Shown in pieces: positions 1 through 5,084 of a DNA stretch of 5,084 nucleotides. Origin of the DNA: Octopus sinensis. Taxonomy: Eukaryota. Under the pieces are notes generated by a model. It ran no database searches and was not told the DNA's origin. It saw nothing but the letters and a program-made list of their open reading frames with translations. The stretch spans positions 1 to 5,084 of the forward strand of contig NW_021830448.1 in assembly GCF_006345805.1 (NCBI RefSeq), written 5' to 3'. The translations under genes and the position numbers were made by a program. Within the stretch, counting starts at the first letter, position 1, and each line of letters starts with the position of its first letter.

Positions 1-173
1 AGCGGTATTTCGTGTGTCTTCCGTTTTGAGTTCAAATTCTGCCGAGGTCAGCTTTGCCTGTCATCCTTTCAGAGTCGATAAATTAAGTGCCGGTTACGTA
101 CTGGGTTTGATCGAATCGACTGGCTCCCCCCCACCACAAATTTCGAGCCTTGTGTCTAGAGTAGAAAAGAATT
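1..173 (+). mobile_element. tRNA-type SINE, family A copy 1 (5' end cut by window edge)
   Basis: B-box-like GAGTTCAAAT at 28-37, then GCCGAGGTCA...TCATCCTTT...GTCGATAAATTAAGTGCC...AATCGACT...CCCCCC...AAATTT...GAAAAGAATT. The same motif order recurs at 654-795, 886-1090, 1309-1514 (-) and 2929-3133. Confidence 0.85.
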
Positions 174-323
174 GGTCTCCGCATAGCCATGTTCTTTTCT
201 CAGCCAATGGCGGTTTATCTAAAGAAATGGCGGCGAACATTCATCGTACTTTTAATTCATGATTGAGAATGAGGAGCTAACAACTTTTTCCCGATCATTT
301 GCGTAGTACTTTGTGGGCATGAA

Positions 324-640
324 GGCACGTGACTTAGTGGTTAGGTGCATTCGACTAACGATTGTATGGTCGTGAGTTCAATTCCCGGCGATGCGTTGTA
401 TCCTTGAGCAAGACACTTTATTTCCCGTTGCTCCAGTCCACTCAACTGGCAAAAATGAGTAGCACCTCTATTTTAAAGGGCCAACCTTGTTACACATTGT
501 GTCATGCTGAATCTCCCTGAGAACTACGTTAAAGGTACACGTGTCTGCAGAGTGCTCAGCCACTTGTACGTTAATTTCATGAGCAAGCTGTTCCGTTGAT
601 CGTATCAGCTGGGACCTTCATCATCGTAATCAACGGAGGG
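324..640 (+). mobile_element. CORE-like tRNA-derived SINE (family B)
   Basis: tRNA-like head with A-box-like TGACTTAGTGG (330-340) and B-box-like AGTTCAATTCC (375-385). It is followed by TCCTTGAGCAAGACACTTTA...CTCCAGTCCACTCAACTGGCAAAAATGAG (401-459), resembling the CORE domain consensus (ACCTTGGGCAAGTCACTTAA...CTCAGTTTCCTCATCTGTAAAATGG). 3' boundary is approximate. Confidence 0.75.
330..385 (+). promoter_or_regulatory. Internal RNA polymerase III type-2 promoter (A box and B box) of the SINE head
   Basis: TGACTTAGTGG (330-340) and AGTTCAATTCC (375-385) at tRNA-like spacing, each slightly off consensus. Activity unknown. Confidence 0.6.
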
Positions 641-653
641 CTCCTATTTTGAG

Positions 654-795
654 GGTGGTGAGTTGGCAGAATCATTAGAGCGCCAATCAAAAGGCCTTGC
701 GGGATTTCACCTGTGCCCTTATGTCCTGAATTCAAATACAGCCGAGGTCAACTATAGATTTCATTCTTTTATAGGTGAATAAAATAGAGTAGTTG
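654..795 (+). mobile_element. tRNA-type SINE, family A copy 2 (3'-truncated/decayed)
   Basis: Head GGTGGTGAGTTGGCAGAATCATTAG with A-box-like TGGCAGAATCA (664-674) and B-box-like GAATTCAAAT (728-737), then GCCGAGGTCAAC as in copy 1. Confidence 0.8.
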
Positions 796-885
796 TCTTC
801 TACTACAGTAGATGACATCGTCCAAACACACTACCTTCAAAATTTTTGTTGTGTCTAAATTTAATATAAGTATCATAGTATTTTG

Positions 886-1090
886 AGGGCGCTGGATTCC
901 AGAATCGTGAAGGAGTCGGATAAAATGCTTAGCGAAATTTCTTTCGACTTCTTGCATTCGGAATTCATATACCGCTGAATTCAGTTTTGCTCCTTAGCAT
1001 TTCGGGGTTGATAAAACAAAGCACCAACCATGCATTGGGTATAGATTAACCCCATCCTGCCAAAAACTATGACACTTGTTTCAGATTTAG
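886..1090 (+). mobile_element. tRNA-type SINE, family A copy 3 (strongly diverged)
   Basis: CAGAATCGT...AAAATGCTTAGCG...GAATTCATATACCGCTGA (961-978)...TTTCGGGGTTGATAAAA, colinear with the other copies. Boundaries approximate. Confidence 0.7.
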
Positions 1091-1308
1091 ACGGCTGGAC
1101 AACAATTTTGATGGTAGAGTGTTTTGTCGATGTCACCTACTGTAGTACTTGACTCGATCCATTTATTGATTGTTACCATGTTTTATCAGCCCCACGAAGA
1201 CGAAAACCAAATTTGATCTCACCTGTATGAGAACCCTTGAAAGTAGTGGTGGCAGAACAAAAGTCTCCAAATATCTCTTTCGACACTCTAACAAAGGTAC
1301 TTGTTTCA

Positions 1309-1514
1309 TAATAATTCTTTCAAATTTTGGCTCAAAGCCATCAATTTTGAAGGGAGAGGCAAGTCGATTACAGCGACACCTGGCACTTATTTTCTCGACC
1401 TCTAAAGGATGAAAGTCAAAGTTATACTCAGCGGCATTTGAACTCAGAACGTAAAGATCCGGAACGAATACCGCATAACATTTATTCCGGCATTCATGAC
1501 AATTCTGTCTGCTC
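1309..1514 (-). mobile_element. tRNA-type SINE, family A copy 4 (reverse strand)
   Basis: Reverse complement reads GAGCAGACAGAATTG...GCGGTATT...TCTTTACGTTCTGAGTTCAAATGCCGCTGAG...TTTCATCCTTT...GGTCGAGAAAATAAGTGCCAG...AATCGACTTG...AAAATTTGAAAGAATTA. The reverse complement of 1437-1457 is identical to 2988-3008 (21 nt). Confidence 0.85.
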
Positions 1515-1835
1515 AATAAGAATAACAAAAATAATATGAATGATAATAATAGATAAAACAGCAAATTTAAACCAGGAATAGAAAATTTGATTTTTAAATA
1601 ACTAGATAGAAAAATATATAGTATTTTTTGTTAAAGAATAATAAAAAGAAAAGAGAATAAATAAATAATGAAATAAAGAACTAAAACATGAGGCAAAAAT
1701 GTTTCTGCGAGGTGTGATTCTGGCGAACATGTTCAGTTTGCAGGTTATTCTAATTAAATTGAATATTTTAGCAATTCAAATAGAATTTTTCATTTATTTT
1801 TGTTTCAATGTCATACAAAATGTAAATAACTGAGT

Positions 1836-1891
1836 AAAAAAAAAAGAAACAAAGCAAAAACAACAACAATAACAACACAACAACAACAAAA
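1836..1891. repeat. A-rich tract plus imperfect (CAA)n microsatellite
   Basis: Poly-A run followed by CAACAACAATAACAACACAACAACAAC. Confidence 0.85.
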
Positions 1892-1952
1892 AGACTCCAG
1901 AAAATTGCTTTTGCCTTACCTCTTTCCTTTCTTATGTGCATGAGTATACACA

Positions 1953-1988
1953 TGTGTGTGCTTGTGTGTGTGTGTATGTGTGTTTGTT

Positions 1989-2020
<32 letters not shown>
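1953..2020. repeat. (TG)n/(TTTG)n compound microsatellite
   Basis: Pure (TG)14 at 1993-2020 preceded by interrupted TG and TTTG units. Confidence 0.97.
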
Positions 2021-2136
2021 AGTAAAATTTATATATTTCTGACAAATTTCAGCTTCACACACGCTATACCAAAACGCACGCACAGACCACAGCATACTGT
2101 ACCTCACACTCCATACGGACAGTTACTCACACTTCC

Positions 2137-2160
2137 ATATATATATATATATATATATAT

Positions 2161-2210
<50 letters not shown>
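2137..2210. repeat. (AT)n microsatellite
   Basis: AT dinucleotide run with a single G interruption at 2162. Confidence 0.98.
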
Positions 2211-2214
<4 letters not shown>

Positions 2215-2220
2215 AGCCTC

Positions 2221-2268
<48 letters not shown>

Positions 2269-2307
2269 CTATCTATCTTTCTATCTGTCTGTCTGTCTGT
2301 CTATCTA
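2221..2307. repeat. (TCTA)n/(TCTG)n (GATA/GACA-type) microsatellite
   Basis: Tandem TCTA units, then TCTG units, then TCTA. Confidence 0.97.
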
Positions 2308-2371
2308 CATATACGTACATATATCTATGTGTGTGTATCTATATATATTTTTATTTTACCAAACTACACAC

Positions 2372-2443
2372 ATATAGATATACATATATTATATATATAT
2401 ATATATATATACGTATACATATGTATATATATATATATATATA

Positions 2444-2497
<54 letters not shown>
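2372..2497. repeat. Interrupted (TA)n microsatellite
   Basis: Long TA runs with scattered C/G interruptions. Confidence 0.96.
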
Positions 2498-2506
2498 AAT
2501 ACATAA

Positions 2507-2738
2507 ACAGATGCAGAGATGCAGCACGGAGTTTTGTCAGTGAACAGGTCACGGTTTCAAAGCGACTAAAATATTTTGACAAATTAAATTTAAATGTTGA
2601 AGTGAATCTAACGGTTTTTGTGCGTTTCTTAAATGGCTTATAAACACCTTCCACGCTGCAATTATCTTCATTCCAACACACGATCTCAGATCAGGTCACT
2701 TGCTATGCAAGTACATCTCACTTGCTATGCAAGTACAT
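2507..2738 (+). mobile_element. Putative non-autonomous element (possibly Penelope-like LTR/retrozyme-type) inserted in TA-rich microsatellite
   Basis: ~230-bp complex-sequence island flanked on both sides by TA-rich arrays. It contains an HHR-like fold (2533-2583), an 8-bp tandem duplication AGATGCAG x2 (2509-2524) and a 22-bp-period tandem duplication (2696-2738). Family assignment is inference. Confidence 0.45.
2533..2583 (+). ncRNA. Variant minimal type I hammerhead-ribozyme-like motif (G3:C8 core, G12 substituted, probably inactive in this copy)
   Basis: Stem I TTTGTCA(2533-2539)/TGACAAA(2577-2583); core GTGAACA (2540-2546); stem II GTCAC(2548-2552)/GCGAC(2562-2566) with 4 of 5 pairs; TAAA (2567-2570) where GAAA is expected; palindromic stem III AATATT (2570-2575); putative NUH = TTT (2574-2576). 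Confidence 0.5.
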
Positions 2739-2928
2739 ATATATACATATATATATACACATTCTTATGTATACGTATATACTATGTACATATCCATACA
2801 CGCATGCATAAATATACATACATACATACATACATACATACATACATACATACACACACATACATACACACACACACTCACACATACACACAGACACACG
2901 CACACACCACACACACACATATATATAT
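2739..2928. repeat. Compound (TA)n/(TACA)n/(CA)n microsatellite
   Basis: TA-rich stretch, tandem TACA units (~2815-2851), then interrupted CA units. Confidence 0.95.
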
Positions 2929-3133
2929 GGTATGATGACAGACTTATTAGCGTCTAAAACAAAATGCTTCGCGGCATTTGTTCTGATTCTTTACGTTCTG
3001 AGTTCAAACATCGCCGACTCCACTTTTATCAACAGGTCTGGGTGTTTTTTTTTAAATAGGTCGGTTGTCATGTTAGTAGAAATGATGAAGTTTAATCGCT
3101 CTCCTTGCTCTCAAAATTGGTGGCTTTGAAACC
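2929..3133 (+). mobile_element. tRNA-type SINE, family A copy 5 with altered middle
   Basis: AAAATGCTTCGCGGCATTT...TCTTTACGTTCTGAGTTCAAAC (2988-3009) and tail AATCGCTCTCC...CAAAATTGGTGGCTTTG matching copy 4. About 3015-3085 does not align to the other copies. Confidence 0.75.
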
Positions 3134-3271
3134 ATAAGGGGATTGGCGTCCCGTTCAGGGGGAAATGATGCGATCCCTGTATTCAAACGTCATGCAACCT
3201 GCCTCTAGAAACCTAGGTCTTAAGAAAAGAACTACCTATCTTGCTAGCTTACTAGCTTTCTGTTCATATAT

Positions 3272-3735
<464 letters not shown>

Positions 3736-4009
3736 AGACTGTTTTGTTGTTTGGCCCTTGGTAAGAATCGATTGCCTAGGTCTATGGCCCAAAGCCTTCC
3801 AACTGTGTTTTACATAGTTTTACATATCAACATGTTAACGGTATTATTCTCTATTTAAGAACAGTCGTGATTTATTAATATTTGACTGCTATTTGTTGCA
3901 AATCTAACGACCACAAAGACGCCCTCTCGAATTTCTGTGTCTCTGTAAATCGATATGTACGTCAATACATCTATAATCTAACACGGTGACACGATCCTAC
4001 ACGTAAAAG

Positions 4010-4195
4010 CGAACACACGTACACTCCTTCCATACGTAATCATTCACAGGAACACGCAAACGTTTGCGTGCAAGTTGTCTATATATTTATGCATCGTACA
4101 CTGTATACTATTGTGTGCATATACCACAAACGCAAGCACACTTACAATCAATCATACACATTCACGAACACAAAGAGGAAACACACACACTTACA
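4010..4195. repeat. Decayed CA-rich low-complexity region
   Basis: Scattered CACAC/ACACG/CATACAC units with no pure array. Confidence 0.5.
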
Positions 4196-4436
4196 TGATG
4201 TTGAAGTCGATTTACTGAATCTAGTAGATCCGCCATTAGTTATACTTCATTTTGAACTAAATTAATTTAATATCGGTTACTTGACGACACTGTGTAACTC
4301 TAAGATAAAGTGAAGGGGTCAACCCTAAGCTTTTCAAATGTTTCAGTATTGGCGAATTACAAAGACAAACTTTTATGTGCTAAATTTAATGGTATTAACG
4401 TTATATGAGAAATGGAGAACTTGTCAAGTACAAAGT

Positions 4437-4516
4437 CGACAGTAGCAAAGACAGCAGCAACAACAACGATGGCAGCAGTGATAACGACACCAACAGCAGC
4501 AGCAGGAGCAGCAGAA
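4437..4516. repeat. Degenerate trinucleotide repeat (AGC/AAC/GAC-type)
   Basis: ACAGCAGCAACAACAACGATGGCAGCAGTGATAACGACACCAACAGCAGCAGCAGGAGCAGCAG shows period-3 structure. Confidence 0.85.
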
Positions 4517-4780
4517 CATGAGAACAGCGGTATTCTTCTGCAATGACAGCAATGAGCAATGAACAACACAGTAACCTTTTGACCTATCTACATATTCCAA
4601 CAATCAAATTGATTTTACAATTTGAAATCTCTTCTCTGACGTGTGTCATTTACTGTGATTTAGAAAAAGTCATTATGAAAATTCCATTTTTAGACGACAT
4701 CAGATTGAGACGTTGTATTATTTCGCCAACGAGAGAATAACATCCATAAGTCTGTAACAAGTGTTTCATGGCTTCCGTCG

Positions 4781-4879
4781 GCTATTTCTCTGACGAGCAA
4801 GACAACACTTCTGAAACCTGTTTTGATCTGTACATCACAGATTTGTCTCTGTTGAGTGCTCTGAAACCTGACAAATAGC
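4781..4879 (+). ncRNA. Tandem pair of decayed minimal hammerhead-ribozyme-like motifs
   Basis: Unit A: CTGACGA (4790-4796), imperfect stem II GCAAG/CTTCT, GAAAC (4813-4817), CT, GTT (4820-4822). Unit B: CTGTTGA (4849-4855), G-TGCT-C, GAAAC (4863-4867). Duplicated blocks TCTCTG[AC/TT]GAG and CTGAAACCTG. Complementary arms GCTATTT/AAATAGC and ATTTGTC/GACAAAT. Confidence 0.4.
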
Positions 4880-5084
4880 GTTAAACATCATGATTCAGCT
4901 TTATATTTCCTATACCCCGACTTTTATCATTATGAACCTTTCATCGACTTTAAATACGCCATGATGGATATCCGGTCGTTTTTGACCAAACAGTGTCCTA
5001 GTTATCCCGGTTAAATCAACTCCTTACCCGTAACATTATTATGTGAATGGTAAGGGTGTTGGATTTAGAGAATCGGACAATACT

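Noticed and set aside
324-400. Functional tRNA gene
   Set aside because: A and B boxes are present but there is no complete cloverleaf or acceptor stem, and the sequence continues into a CORE-like SINE body.
14-1564. ORFs 14-262, 769-957, 1163-1564 and 1170-1412
   Set aside because: They run largely through SINE copies or AT-rich DNA and show no recognisable protein domain.
1912-1935. Minus-strand GAG|GTAAGG donor with a possible micro-exon
   Set aside because: The upstream acceptor lacks a polypyrimidine tract and abuts a microsatellite; there is no supporting coding signal.
2530-2570. Minus-strand GAAAC...CTGACAA read as a type II hammerhead
   Set aside because: CTGACAA lacks G8 and no stem I or stem III can form. 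The plus-strand type I fold explains the pairings far better.
2682-2738. Helitron 3' terminus (hairpin plus CTRR)
   Set aside because: A hairpin is present, but no CTRR end at the expected distance and no matching 5' TC/A-T insertion signature could be identified.
1-3133. CRISPR-like array from the recurring GAGTTCAAAT motif
   Set aside because: Irregular spacing, mixed orientation, long colinear homology beyond the motif and eukaryotic context all indicate dispersed SINEs.
4690-4870. Minus-strand ~60-codon open frame (FQSTQQRQICDVQIKTGFRSVVLLVRE...) after a TTTGTCAG acceptor-like site
   Set aside because: No recognisable homology or donor site; the region is better explained by the plus-strand duplicated HHR-like structure.

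Overview
AT-rich, repeat-dense eukaryotic non-coding DNA with no recognisable protein-coding gene. Microsatellite density and SINE motifs resemble octopus/coleoid cephalopod DNA (pattern recognition, not a database result). The window holds five diverged copies of one tRNA-type SINE family (four +, one -), one CORE-like tRNA-SINE, and several compound microsatellites that explain nearly all supplied ORFs. The most interesting signal is two hammerhead-ribozyme-like (HHR) loci. The first, at 2533-2583, folds as a minimal type I HHR with a perfect 7-bp stem I, a palindromic stem III and a non-canonical core (C3:G8 swapped to G3:C8; G12 absent in this copy), inside a ~230-bp element embedded in (TA)n arrays. 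The second, at 4781-4879, is a tandem pair of decayed CUGANGA...GAAAC motifs just downstream of a short frame weakly resembling the C-terminal GIY-YIG motif of Penelope-like elements. Both suggest ribozyme-bearing Penelope-like/retrozyme-type retroelement remnants. This is inferred from manual folding and is untested.
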